Origin: Bacteroidota bacterium | GTDB taxonomy: Bacteria; Bacteroidota; Bacteroidia; Flavobacteriales; Flavobacteriaceae | NCBI GenBank assembly: GCA_018829465.1 | Contig: JAHJTN010000009.1 | Coordinates: forward strand, 40,557-104,556 | Reading direction: 5' to 3' | DNA: 64,000 bases | Shown here: piece after piece, positions 1 through 8,566 of the stretch | Position numbering within the stretch: the first letter of the stretch is position 1 | How the letters are laid out: each line of letters starts with the position of its first letter | Notes under the pieces: generated by a model | Seen by the model: only the letters and a program-made list of their open reading frames with translations | The model's database searches: none | Told to the model about the DNA's origin: nothing | Position numbers and translations under genes: made by a program

Positions 1-335
1 ACCCCAACGGATGGGCACCCCACCAAATGCTGATTTGGCGCGGCTTGGTCCGTTACGGCTTCCTCGATGAAGCCCAACAATGTATCTATCGTTGGCTGTG
101 GATGATTACCCGAAATGCCGTAGATTACAACGGCACTATACCCGAAAAATACGACGTTGTGGCCTGCACACACAAGGTTTATGCAGAATACGGCAATGTA
201 GGTACCGAGTTTGACTATATCACAACTTCCGGTTTTGGATGGATGAACGCATCCTACCAACTCGGGCTATCCATGCTTTCAGCTGATTTAAGAGATCAAC
301 TCAACCGATTAACAGACCCCGATAAAATTTTCTAA
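1..335 (+). CDS. Trehalase (GH37), C-terminal part; the 5' end lies outside the window
   Basis: Frame 3 is open from nt 3 (..PNGWAPHQMLIWRGL..). GH37 C-terminal blocks PNGWAP and GFGWMNASY are present. Stop at 333-335. Confidence 0.75.
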   Translation, partial: PNGWAPHQMLIWRGLVRYGFLDEAQQCIYRWLWMITRNAVDYNGTIPEKYDVVACTHKVYAEYGNVGTEFDYITTSGFGWMNASYQLGLSMLSADLRDQLNRLTDPDKIF

Positions 336-337
336 CT

Positions 338-1507
338 ATGACAGCCTATCAAAAAGCAACAGCGTTGCTTCACGAAGTTGCAACAGAAAAAGGTTTTTTG
401 GCAAGTGCCAACGACATTACCAACTACCGACGCATTTGGGCGCGTGATGGCGTTATCTGTGGTTTGGCTGCACTTTTTGACGGTGATGAACATCTCGTCA
501 AAACGTTTCGAGAAACCCTCAATACTTTGAGCGACCATCAATACCACCTGGGCAACATACCCTCAAACGTTTTTTTTGATAAAACCAAAACCAAACTGAG
601 TTTTGGTGGTTTGGCCGGCCGCGTCGATACCATTGCTTGGTACATCATCGGGGTGTGCAATTATGCCCAGTTTACCCACGATTTGGATTTTGCCAAAGCA
701 CACGTCAATGCCATCAATAAAGGCTTTAATTTGTTGGAAGCATGGGAATTCAACAACAACCATTTGGTTTATGTGCCACGCTCCGGTAATTGGGCAGACG
801 AATACATCACAGAAGGTTATATTCTCTACGACCAATTGCTTCGCCTCTGGGCTTTGCGCGCATTCAATCTGCTTTTTCCGAGTATTGAAAAAGAAGATAA
901 AATCATCAGAATTACCCGAAAAATTTCAGAAAATTATCGCAAGCGCAAAACCACCAATGAGCCTTATCACCCAAAAGCCTATCAGGAATTGCAGAAAAAG
1001 AAATACTGGATGGCAGCCTTTAACCCCTCCGGCTATCAAACACAGTTTGATGCACTTGCCAACAGCCTCGCGTTAATTTTGGAGATTGATAGAGATGAAT
1101 TTTCACCCAAAGTGGTGAAATACGCAGAAAAAGTGCGAAAAAAAGTTAAAACAAAACTTTTACCCGCATTTTGGCCCGCAATTACAGAAGCAGATGCTGA
1201 TTGGAAATTACTGATCAATAATTGTAAATACGAATTCAGAAACATCCCTTTTGAATTTCACAATGGGGGCACTTGGCAAATGGTCAATGGTTTTTACGGT
1301 GTGGGTCTCCTGCAAAACGGTTATAGGGATGAAGCCGAAGAAGTGTTGATGCGCATCAACAAGCTCAACGAGTTTGAAAATTGGGGATTTTACGAAAATT
1401 TCAACACCGAAACCAAACAACCCACAGGTGTGCCAAAATGCGCTTGGAGTGCGGCGGCCACCGTTATTTTGTCACAAGCCCTCAACGGTAAAAAATTTCT
1501 TACCTAA
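338..1507 (+). CDS. GH100-like neutral/alkaline invertase family glycosidase ((alpha/alpha)6-barrel, amylo-alpha-1,6-glucosidase superfamily)
   Basis: 389-aa ORF. NYRRIWARDGV and GRVDTIAWYIIG parallel the NYDQVFxRDF and GRVAPVDSGxWWIIL blocks of GH100 invertases. It sits 2 nt after the trehalase stop and 3 nt before the kinase start. Confidence 0.55.
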   Translation: MTAYQKATALLHEVATEKGFLASANDITNYRRIWARDGVICGLAALFDGDEHLVKTFRETLNTLSDHQYHLGNIPSNVFFDKTKTKLSFGGLAGRVDTIAWYIIGVCNYAQFTHDLDFAKAHVNAINKGFNLLEAWEFNNNHLVYVPRSGNWADEYITEGYILYDQLLRLWALRAFNLLFPSIEKEDKIIRITRKISENYRKRKTTNEPYHPKAYQELQKKKYWMAAFNPSGYQTQFDALANSLALILEIDRDEFSPKVVKYAEKVRKKVKTKLLPAFWPAITEADADWKLLINNCKYEFRNIPFEFHNGGTWQMVNGFYGVGLLQNGYRDEAEEVLMRINKLNEFENWGFYENFNTETKQPTGVPKCAWSAAATVILSQALNGKKFLT

Positions 1508-1510
1508 GTT

Positions 1511-2449
1511 ATGTCGAGAAGTATAGATATTTTGTCTGTCGGTGAAATTTTAATCGATTTTATAGGACATCAAAAAGAAGCCGATATAGAAACCACTACA
1601 GATTACAAACGTTATTTGGGCGGCTCACCCACCAACGTAGCCGTCAACATGACCCGGCTCGGATTGAATGCACGACTTGTAGCAGCCGTCGGACACGACG
1701 GATTGGGGAAATTTGTCCTGTCCGAATTTGAAAACATGAAGTTACCCTCTGACGGCGTAGCCGTTTTGGACAGTTATCCAACAAGCGTAATTTTGGTGTC
1801 GCGCACTTCCGGAACGCCTGATTTTTTGGCATATAGAGAAGCAGATAAAGAGATTTATGAATCTCAAATCCCTGACGAAGACTTAAAAGAAACACGACTT
1901 TTCCACACCACTTGTTTTGCCTTGAGTAAAAATCCGGCACGTACAACCATCACCAACCGGGCAGCCAAGGCTGCAGCTCTGGGCTGCAAACTTAGTGTAG
2001 ACGTCAACTACGCTCCGGGTATCTGGCCGGAGAGGTCCGAAGCACAGGGTGTCATCCAACAATACTGCAGCTTCAATCCTTTGGTGAAACTTAGTGAAGA
2101 TGATATTTTGAGATATTTTGGGAGAGAAGTTTCGCATGAAGAAGCTTTTGACTATTTTCATCGGGCCGGAGCCGATTGGGTTTGTCTGACTTTGGGCGCA
2201 AAAGGAGTGAAACTCTCTGTCAACGGCGACACACCCATCTTCAGAAAAGCACTACCGCTTCAACATGTAGCCGATGCCACCGGTGCCGGAGATGCCTTTT
2301 GGTCTGGATTTTTATATGCCTATCTCAAGAAAAGCAAACCGCAAGTTTGTTTACAAGCCGGATTGACGTTGGCCGCCATAAAGTTGCAAAACGTTGGCGG
2401 ATTGCCACAAGACATCAATTTGATTGATTTGTTGGCGGTCGAAACCTAG
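1511..2449 (+). CDS. PfkB-family sugar kinase (fructokinase-like)
   Basis: 312 aa. PfkB signatures GGSPTNVA (N-terminal) and DATGAGDAF (C-terminal). Confidence 0.8.
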   Translation: MSRSIDILSVGEILIDFIGHQKEADIETTTDYKRYLGGSPTNVAVNMTRLGLNARLVAAVGHDGLGKFVLSEFENMKLPSDGVAVLDSYPTSVILVSRTSGTPDFLAYREADKEIYESQIPDEDLKETRLFHTTCFALSKNPARTTITNRAAKAAALGCKLSVDVNYAPGIWPERSEAQGVIQQYCSFNPLVKLSEDDILRYFGREVSHEEAFDYFHRAGADWVCLTLGAKGVKLSVNGDTPIFRKALPLQHVADATGAGDAFWSGFLYAYLKKSKPQVCLQAGLTLAAIKLQNVGGLPQDINLIDLLAVET

Positions 2450-2624
2450 TTTTAATCTGTTGGTTTACGTTTTGATTATGATAGCATAAACAAATGACCC
2501 TCCAAAATAAGGGATGCCATAGGCTTTTCATGTTTTTCTATTGCAAATCAGCAAATTTTAGATAAGCATTTGTGTCGTTTATACTATCTTTATATCATCA
2601 ATAAACACACGCAAACTGTAAAAA

Positions 2625-3395
2625 ATGGAGACGTCTAAAGACCTGAAACTCGCTGTTATTATCGATGCGGACAACGTCCCGGCAAGCAACGTTAGAGAAA
2701 TGATGCAAGAAATCGCCAAATACGGCGTACCCACATTCAAAAGAATTTACGGTGACTGGACCAAGCCCAATTTGGCCGGCTGGAAATCCGTACTCTTGGA
2801 GAACGCCATCACACCCATTCAACAATACGGTTACACATCCGGAAAAAATGCGACCGACTCGGCCATGATTATCGATGCTATGGATATTCTCTACACCAAT
2901 CGGGTCGATGGATTCTGCATAGTATCGAGCGACAGCGACTTCACCCGTTTGGCCACACGTCTTCGCGAATCGGGGATGAAAGTTTTTGGTTTTGGCGAAA
3001 AAAAGACGCCCAAACCATTTATTGTGGCTTGTGATAAATTTGTCTATCTCGAAATTTTGAAAAGACAAAAATCACCCAAGCCCGATGCCACACTCAAAAA
3101 CAAACAACAACAACCCACAGAAGTCGATGACTCTTTTCAAAAAATTGACCGCGAATTGCTTTCCTTGCTTTCTAGCACGGTCAACGACGTGGCAGATGAA
3201 GACGGCTGGGCTTTTTTGGGCGATGTAGGTAACCTGCTCATCAAGAAAAGTCCGGATTTTGACCCGCGAAATTTTGGTTTTGAAAAACTGACACCACTCA
3301 TCAAATCGTTGCAGAAACACTTCGAAATTGATGAGCGGCGAACAGACAGGGCCTCTATTAAATTGGTTTATATCAGAGCTGTAAACCACAATTAA
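2625..3395 (+). CDS. NYN (LabA-like) nuclease-fold protein with C-terminal OST-HTH/LOTUS-like domain
   Basis: 256 aa. LAVIIDADN and SSDSDFTRLATRLRESGMKVFGFG are NYN/LabA acidic blocks. The C-terminal ~70 aa (WAFLGDVGNLL..FGFEKLTPLIKSL) resemble OST-HTH. Confidence 0.7.
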   Translation: METSKDLKLAVIIDADNVPASNVREMMQEIAKYGVPTFKRIYGDWTKPNLAGWKSVLLENAITPIQQYGYTSGKNATDSAMIIDAMDILYTNRVDGFCIVSSDSDFTRLATRLRESGMKVFGFGEKKTPKPFIVACDKFVYLEILKRQKSPKPDATLKNKQQQPTEVDDSFQKIDRELLSLLSSTVNDVADEDGWAFLGDVGNLLIKKSPDFDPRNFGFEKLTPLIKSLQKHFEIDERRTDRASIKLVYIRAVNHN

Positions 3396-3432
3396 AATGC
3401 CTTTGTCTTTGAAGCTTATTTTAAAAATCAAT

Positions 3433-5055
3433 ATGATGCTTAAAAGAATTTTATACCCTTTTTTTTGCGTAATGATTTCCGTTACCTTATACGCGCAAAC
3501 ATTTTCTCGTCAAGACAGCCTGCAAGGCGGTTTGCGACCAGAGCGAACAAGTTTTGACGTACAGCGATACGACTTGAACATCCAAATAAATACGGTCGAA
3601 AAATACCTGTCTGGTTACAACGACATATTGTTTGAAGTAAAGGAAAACACGCGCCGTATCCAGCTTGATTTGTTTGCCAACATGCAGGTCGATTCTATCA
3701 TTTTTCAAGGGAACAAATTGTCCTACACCCGTGAATTCAACGCCGTTTTTATCGACTTTGATAAAACGCTAAGGAAAAGAAATCAAGTAACCCTTAGGTT
3801 TTATTATTCCGGGGAACCCCACGCGGCCAAAAATGCACCGTGGGACGGCGGTTTTGTTTGGCAAAAAGACGGTAATGGCAAGCCTTGGGTTGGCGTGGCA
3901 GTGCAAGGCACAGGCGCAAGCCTTTGGTACCCGGTGAAAGACCACCAAAGCGATGAACCCGATTTGGGCGCAACCATCAAAGTGGCTGTTCCGGATGGTT
4001 TGATGAATGTTTCCAACGGCCGGTTTTTGGGCAGCGAAAAAATGGCAGGCGGATATACAAGATGGGATTGGGAAGTTAAAAACCCGATTAACAACTATGA
4101 CATCACGGTAAATATCGCGGACTATGTGCATTTTGGCGAAAACTACAAAGGCCTAGATTTGGATTATTACGTGCTGCGGGAAAACCTCGAAGCCGCGAAA
4201 GTTCAGTTTGAAGAAGTCAAGCCGATGATGGACTGTTTTCAGGATAAATTTGGCAACTATCCGTTTACAAAAGATGGTTTTAAATTGGTGGAAACCCCTT
4301 ATTTGGGTATGGAGCATCAAAGCGCAGTGGCTTATGGCAACCAATATCAAATGGGATATTTGGGTAGAGATTTGTCCGGTACAGGCGTGGGTTTATTATG
4401 GGATTTTATCATTGTACACGAATCGGCCCACGAATGGTTCGGCAACAGTATCACTTCGGCAGACATAGCCGATATGTGGATACACGAAGGGTTTACCACC
4501 TATGCCGAATCAGTATATGTCGAGTGTCGTTGGGGTTATGAAAAGGCACAGCAATACATCAATGGGCTAAGAAAGTCGGTGCGCAACAACCGACCGATTA
4601 TTGCTGCATACGGATTGAACCAAAAAGGTTCGAGCGATATGTATCCCAAAGGTGCTTTGCTGATCAACACGTTGCGGCACATCGTGGACAACGATGCCAA
4701 GTGGTGGCTAATTTTGCGCAAGTTTGCAGAAACATTTCGGCATCAAATTATAGACACTAAAACGGTGATTGATTTTTTCAACCAAGAAAGCGGCAAAAAT
4801 CTCAGTTCTATTTTTCAGCAATATTTGCTTTATAAAAACATTCCGACGCTCGAAGTCGAGCCCGTTGGAAATTCTTTTAAATACCGTTGGAAAACCGATG
4901 TTGAAGGTTTTGAAATGCCTTTTGAGTATAGTTACAACAGAAAAAATTACAAGCTGATTGCTACGAATGATTGGCAGACATTTTCAGAAAAATCCGATTT
5001 GGACCAAACGGACTTTTCTTCCGATAAATTTTATTATTCGTTTAAGAAAAATTAA
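3433..5055 (+). CDS. Secreted M1-family zinc metallopeptidase
   Basis: The ORF spans 3397-5055. I prefer the ATG at 3433, which gives the signal peptide MMLKRILYPFFCVMISVTLYAQ. Gluzincin HExxH-X18-E motif: VHESAHEWFGN..WIHEGFTTY. Confidence 0.85.
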   Translation: MMLKRILYPFFCVMISVTLYAQTFSRQDSLQGGLRPERTSFDVQRYDLNIQINTVEKYLSGYNDILFEVKENTRRIQLDLFANMQVDSIIFQGNKLSYTREFNAVFIDFDKTLRKRNQVTLRFYYSGEPHAAKNAPWDGGFVWQKDGNGKPWVGVAVQGTGASLWYPVKDHQSDEPDLGATIKVAVPDGLMNVSNGRFLGSEKMAGGYTRWDWEVKNPINNYDITVNIADYVHFGENYKGLDLDYYVLRENLEAAKVQFEEVKPMMDCFQDKFGNYPFTKDGFKLVETPYLGMEHQSAVAYGNQYQMGYLGRDLSGTGVGLLWDFIIVHESAHEWFGNSITSADIADMWIHEGFTTYAESVYVECRWGYEKAQQYINGLRKSVRNNRPIIAAYGLNQKGSSDMYPKGALLINTLRHIVDNDAKWWLILRKFAETFRHQIIDTKTVIDFFNQESGKNLSSIFQQYLLYKNIPTLEVEPVGNSFKYRWKTDVEGFEMPFEYSYNRKNYKLIATNDWQTFSEKSDLDQTDFSSDKFYYSFKKN

Positions 5056-5169
5056 GACCTCACAGGTTTTCAAAACCTGAAAGCCGATTTGAACCAGGCA
5101 AATTTTTCTTCCAACGAATTTTATTATACGATTAAGGAGAATCAAGACCTCACAGGTTTTCAAAACCTG
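4990..5169 (+). repeat. 2 x 90-bp tandem duplication, in frame with the M1 peptidase and spanning its stop codon
   Basis: Unit 1 (4990-5079) encodes KSDLDQTDFSSDKFYYSFKKN*DLTGFQNL. Unit 2 (5080-5169) encodes KADLNQANFSSNEFYYTIKENQDLTGFQNL and is followed by TGA. Confidence 0.85.
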
Positions 5170-5176
5170 TGAGGTC
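5146..5176. terminator. REP-like perfect hairpin GACCTCACAGGTT-ttcaa-AACCTGTGAGGTC (a truncated copy lies at 5056-5079)
   Basis: 13-bp perfect inverted repeat read directly. It lies downstream of the M1 peptidase gene. The same element recurs at 8452-8482. Confidence 0.6.
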
Positions 5177-5227
5177 TGATAAAGATTGAATAAATCGAAT
5201 TTTCTTAACTAATCGCCCTCAATTCAT

Positions 5228-5235
5228 TACTTTTG
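5228..5235 (+). promoter_or_regulatory. Candidate Bacteroidota -7 promoter box (TACTTTTG) upstream of panB
   Basis: Exact TAnnTTTG match 20 nt upstream of the panB ATG. No clean -33 TTG at the canonical spacing. Confidence 0.3.
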
Positions 5236-5255
5236 ACCTACCAAACAACAAACGC

Positions 5256-6074
5256 ATGTCCACAGCAAAAAAAGACTACAAACGCATCACCACCAAATCG
5301 CTTATTGAGATGAAAAGCCGCGGTGAAAAAATATCCATGCTCACCGCTTACGACTACACCATGGCAAAAATTGTTGACAATGCCGGTGTGGACGTGATTT
5401 TGGTAGGCGACTCGGCCTCCAACGTCATGGCCGGACACGAGACTACCTTGCCTATTACCTTAGACCAAATGATCTATCACGCTTCGTCGGTGGTGCGAGC
5501 CATCAGCCGGAGTTTGGTGGTGGTCGATCTGCCCTTTGGCAGCTACCAATCCGACTCGAAAGAAGCACTCCGCTCGGCCATACGCATCATGAAGGAAAGC
5601 GGTGCGCATGCCATTAAGCTTGAAGGCGGAGGCGAGGTGAAGGATTCCATCAAAAAAATATTGAACGCCGGTATTCCCGTGATGGGGCATTTGGGCCTGA
5701 CCCCGCAATCGATCTATAAATTTGGGACTTATACCGTCCGTGCCAAAGAAGAAACCGAAGCCGAGCAGCTCATCGAAGACGCCAAGTTGCTCGAGCGTAT
5801 CGGGTGCTTTGCCATCGTGCTTGAAAAAATTCCTGCGGCCTTGGCCAAGCAAGTAGCAGAGACGATTTCCATTCCGGTTATTGGTATTGGTGCCGGAAAC
5901 GGCGTGGACGGGCAGGTACTCGTTTTGCACGATATGCTCGGCATGACGCATGAGTTTAGCCCGCGGTTTTTGCGCCGCTACATGAACCTGTACGAAGACA
6001 TGAACGCCGCCATTTCACAATATGTAAAGGATGTGAAATCGAGAGATTTTCCGAACGAGGGGGAGCAGTATTAG
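5256..6074 (+). CDS. panB: 3-methyl-2-oxobutanoate hydroxymethyltransferase
   Basis: 272 aa. The N-terminal [28 protein letters not shown] and the overall length are typical of PanB. Confidence 0.93.
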   Translation: MSTAKKDYKRITTKSLIEMKSRGEKISMLTAYDYTMAKIVDNAGVDVILVGDSASNVMAGHETTLPITLDQMIYHASSVVRAISRSLVVVDLPFGSYQSDSKEALRSAIRIMKESGAHAIKLEGGGEVKDSIKKILNAGIPVMGHLGLTPQSIYKFGTYTVRAKEETEAEQLIEDAKLLERIGCFAIVLEKIPAALAKQVAETISIPVIGIGAGNGVDGQVLVLHDMLGMTHEFSPRFLRRYMNLYEDMNAAISQYVKDVKSRDFPNEGEQY

Positions 6075-6910
6075 AAAACCTTTGTGTGAATTTCTATCAC
6101 CCCGTTTTTGCCTAGGCTGCCGTATTTGTCTGTGGCGTTTTTTCCTTTTAATATGTTGATAGACAGTATGTCGTCCGGGTTTAATTTCTCTATTTCGGCT
6201 TTTGTGCTGTATTTCCCGTTGAGCATATAGAAAACATTCTCCGGCAATTCCCCGCTTTGTAGTACAGCTTTGTTTTGATCGAGTTTTTCTATGTGTTCTT
6301 TCGGAATCTCTTTGGTGATGATTTCAATGGCACCGTCCCGGGCCTTGGCTCCGTATTTTTGGATGGCTTGTTCTCCTTTTAAAATATTCACGCTTTCAAT
6401 TCTTTTGGGGTCAATGAGATTATTGAGTTCGTCTCTATTCAGTTTTCTTGATAAGATTTGCCCGTCTATAATGATGAGCGGGTAAATTTCGGTCGTGCCT
6501 TGGGGTAGCGAATAAGCATCCCCTTTTATTTTTACCTTAAAGGCACCTTTATCAATAGTATCGATTTCGGCCATATGCATTTTTAAAGGGAAGGTAGCCG
6601 ATTTACCATTGATATCCAGTCTTGTCAGGCTGTCTTTGAGTTTAATCTCTTCAATTACAATACTTTCATCATCTTTGGGGGTAGTAGGTTTGTGAAAAAT
6701 TATATTCTTTAAATAGGGCAAGGCTTTTAGTTCAAAATCTCCAGCCCGCTTTCTATTAGCTGAAATGGCAATAGGAATAATACTGTCTTGGTCTGTGGAA
6801 ATATCAATTCCTTGGTTTTCACCGTCTGCGTTTATAAATTTAACAGATAATTGATTGAGGTAACCTTTAGCATTTCTATTCCCCTTCCAATCTATTTTTC
6901 TGCCTACCAA
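6071..6910 (-). CDS. Extracytoplasmic C-terminal sensor-like part of the BlaR1-type protein (separate ORF, TTG start in the track)
   Basis: Same reading frame as ORF 7019-7879 and open all the way back to that ORF's TAA. Contains two modules ending ILKG-x6-KYG-x5-G(A/V)IEIxTK. Confidence 0.5.
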   Translation of the reverse strand: MVGRKIDWKGNRNAKGYLNQLSVKFINADGENQGIDISTDQDSIIPIAISANRKRAGDFELKALPYLKNIIFHKPTTPKDDESIVIEEIKLKDSLTRLDINGKSATFPLKMHMAEIDTIDKGAFKVKIKGDAYSLPQGTTEIYPLIIIDGQILSRKLNRDELNNLIDPKRIESVNILKGEQAIQKYGAKARDGAIEIITKEIPKEHIEKLDQNKAVLQSGELPENVFYMLNGKYSTKAEIEKLNPDDILSINILKGKNATDKYGSLGKNGVIEIHTKVF

Positions 6911-7018
6911 ATTTTCAATGAATTGGATGTCGTTCTCTATGTCTTCATTAGTTTCACTCGCGTAAATGACTTTAGTAACATTGGTAATTTCTACCCCAAA
7001 TATGGGTGTACTCGGTTT

Positions 7019-7879
7019 TTATTGCGCAATTACTTTTATCTGAAAAAACCAGAAAAAGAGGACAATGAGCGGCAAAACAAACATGTATTTGAGCCTGCTG
7101 ATGTCGTGAGAGGGATGGGTGTTTATCATCACGATTCTTTTTTTAATAGAGGATTGATAAAAAGGGTGGGTGAGTGCCAAGTTTGCATGCAGCGAAAGTG
7201 ATTTCAACAAAGTTTGTTGGTAGGCTGTTTTGTCTGTGTCGCACGCGATGGCAGCTTCATCTGCAAGGTATTCTAAATTTTGATTGATCTTTGATTTATA
7301 CCACCAAGCAAACGGGTTAAACCAAAAGAAAACGGTATGCAGGTTTGCAAACAGCAAGTCCACGGAGTGATAGCCTTTGGCATGCGCTTGCTCGTGCTTA
7401 AAAATAAATGTGGCTTCTTTACCTGAAAAAACGTGGGTGTTCAGAAAAATATAACGGAAAAACGAAAAGGGCAATTCAATCGCAGCATCGTCTGCCACCA
7501 ACAATTTATTTACTTTTTGAAAGCAGTATTTTTGAATAGTTTTGAACAATTGCAGGAGATTTACGATGAATCTCATTCCAAAAAATACCAGTCCAATACC
7601 ATAAACAACCAAGGCGATTTCTTTCCAATCTATAGTATAAGACTCGAGTGAAACAGGGTTTGCTTGAACACCTTCTGCGTAACTTATAGCCGGTATTTCC
7701 ACAAACACTTTTTTTACAAAAGTAATCAGTGGCAAAACCAAGGACACCAAATAGCCTGACCACAAAAACCAGCGGTTTGCCCGATAAAAAGTTTCCTTTT
7801 GCAACAGAAAATAATAAACTAAGTAAAAGCCGGCGAGCAACACACTCGATTTGAGAAGGTAAAAAAAGAAAGTTTCCAT
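7019..7879 (-). CDS. BlaR1/MecR1-type M56 peptidase signal transducer (membrane part)
   Basis: 286 aa with multiple TM segments. HExxH motif in FKHEQAHAKGYH. Lies immediately downstream of a BlaI-type repressor gene. Confidence 0.85.
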   Translation of the reverse strand: METFFFYLLKSSVLLAGFYLVYYFLLQKETFYRANRWFLWSGYLVSLVLPLITFVKKVFVEIPAISYAEGVQANPVSLESYTIDWKEIALVVYGIGLVFFGMRFIVNLLQLFKTIQKYCFQKVNKLLVADDAAIELPFSFFRYIFLNTHVFSGKEATFIFKHEQAHAKGYHSVDLLFANLHTVFFWFNPFAWWYKSKINQNLEYLADEAAIACDTDKTAYQQTLLKSLSLHANLALTHPFYQSSIKKRIVMINTHPSHDISRLKYMFVLPLIVLFFWFFQIKVIAQ

Positions 7880-7882
7880 AGC

Positions 7883-8239
7883 TTATTTTTTTTCGATGAG
7901 TGCCAAAATTTCTCTCAACTCTGCTGCCGATATTTTTTCTTCCTTGGCAAAATAGGATACCATATTCTTGTACGAATTGTTGAAATAATGATTTAGGGTA
8001 TTGCTCATCACATATTTTCGATAGTCTTCTTTGCTGATAACAGGAAAGTATTGATGTGTTTTCCCGTAAGCCCGGTAAGACACAAACCCTTTTTCTTCAA
8101 GTGTCCGGATGATCGTGGAAACCGTGTTGTAATGCGGCTTTTCGCCCTTAATCTCTTTCAAAACATCGTTTACAAAAGCTTTTTGGAGCTTCCATAAAAT
8201 CTGCATGATTTCTTCTTCTTTGGCAGTTAATTTTTGCAT
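7883..8239 (-). CDS. BlaI/MecI/CopY-family transcriptional repressor
   Basis: 118 aa. Winged-helix N-terminus (LTAKEEEIMQILW...YNTVSTIIRTLEEKGFV). Sits 3 nt upstream of the M56 gene. Confidence 0.9.
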   Translation of the reverse strand: MQKLTAKEEEIMQILWKLQKAFVNDVLKEIKGEKPHYNTVSTIIRTLEEKGFVSYRAYGKTHQYFPVISKEDYRKYVMSNTLNHYFNNSYKNMVSYFAKEEKISAAELREILALIEKK

Positions 8240-8257
8240 GACGGCTAATATTTAGGA

Positions 8258-8302
8258 CAAACATAAAACTTATTTTTTAGTTATACAACTGTAAAAACAG
8301 TT
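8258..8302 (-). promoter_or_regulatory. Candidate blaI promoter (TTG-N20-TATGTTTG on the - strand) overlapped by TACAACTGTA and AACTGT-aaaa-ACAGTT palindromes (putative BlaI operator)
   Basis: + strand CAAACATA at 8258-8265 gives TATGTTTG on the - strand, 18 nt before the ATG at 8239. CAA at 8286-8288 gives TTG. Dyads at 8284-8293 and 8287-8302. Confidence 0.4.
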
Positions 8303-8451
8303 ATTTAACGAAATATTTAGTTTTTATGCTTAATGTAATATCAACAACCCCGATGGCGAGTTAGCAGTGCGGTTTTAGGGTTGAACGTAAGAATCTTTTC
8401 AAAAGGCCTCACAGTTCAATTTCAGAGAAATCAGAAGTGTATTAAAAACAA

Positions 8452-8482
8452 GACCTCACAGGTTTCAAAAACCTGTGAGGTC
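8452..8482. terminator. REP-like hairpin GACCTCACAGGTT-tcaaa-AACCTGTGAGGTC flanked by A/T runs; an orphan half-site lies at 8521-8532
   Basis: 13-bp perfect inverted repeat about 85 nt downstream of the - strand outer-membrane receptor gene, flanked by aaaaaca on one side and aaaaaaa on the other. Confidence 0.6.
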
Positions 8483-8566
8483 TAAAAAAATCCGACAGAC
8501 CCGGTGCTTCAGGGTTAGTAACCTGTGAGGTCTAAATATATATAGAACGCTGTGCGTGAATTTTTA

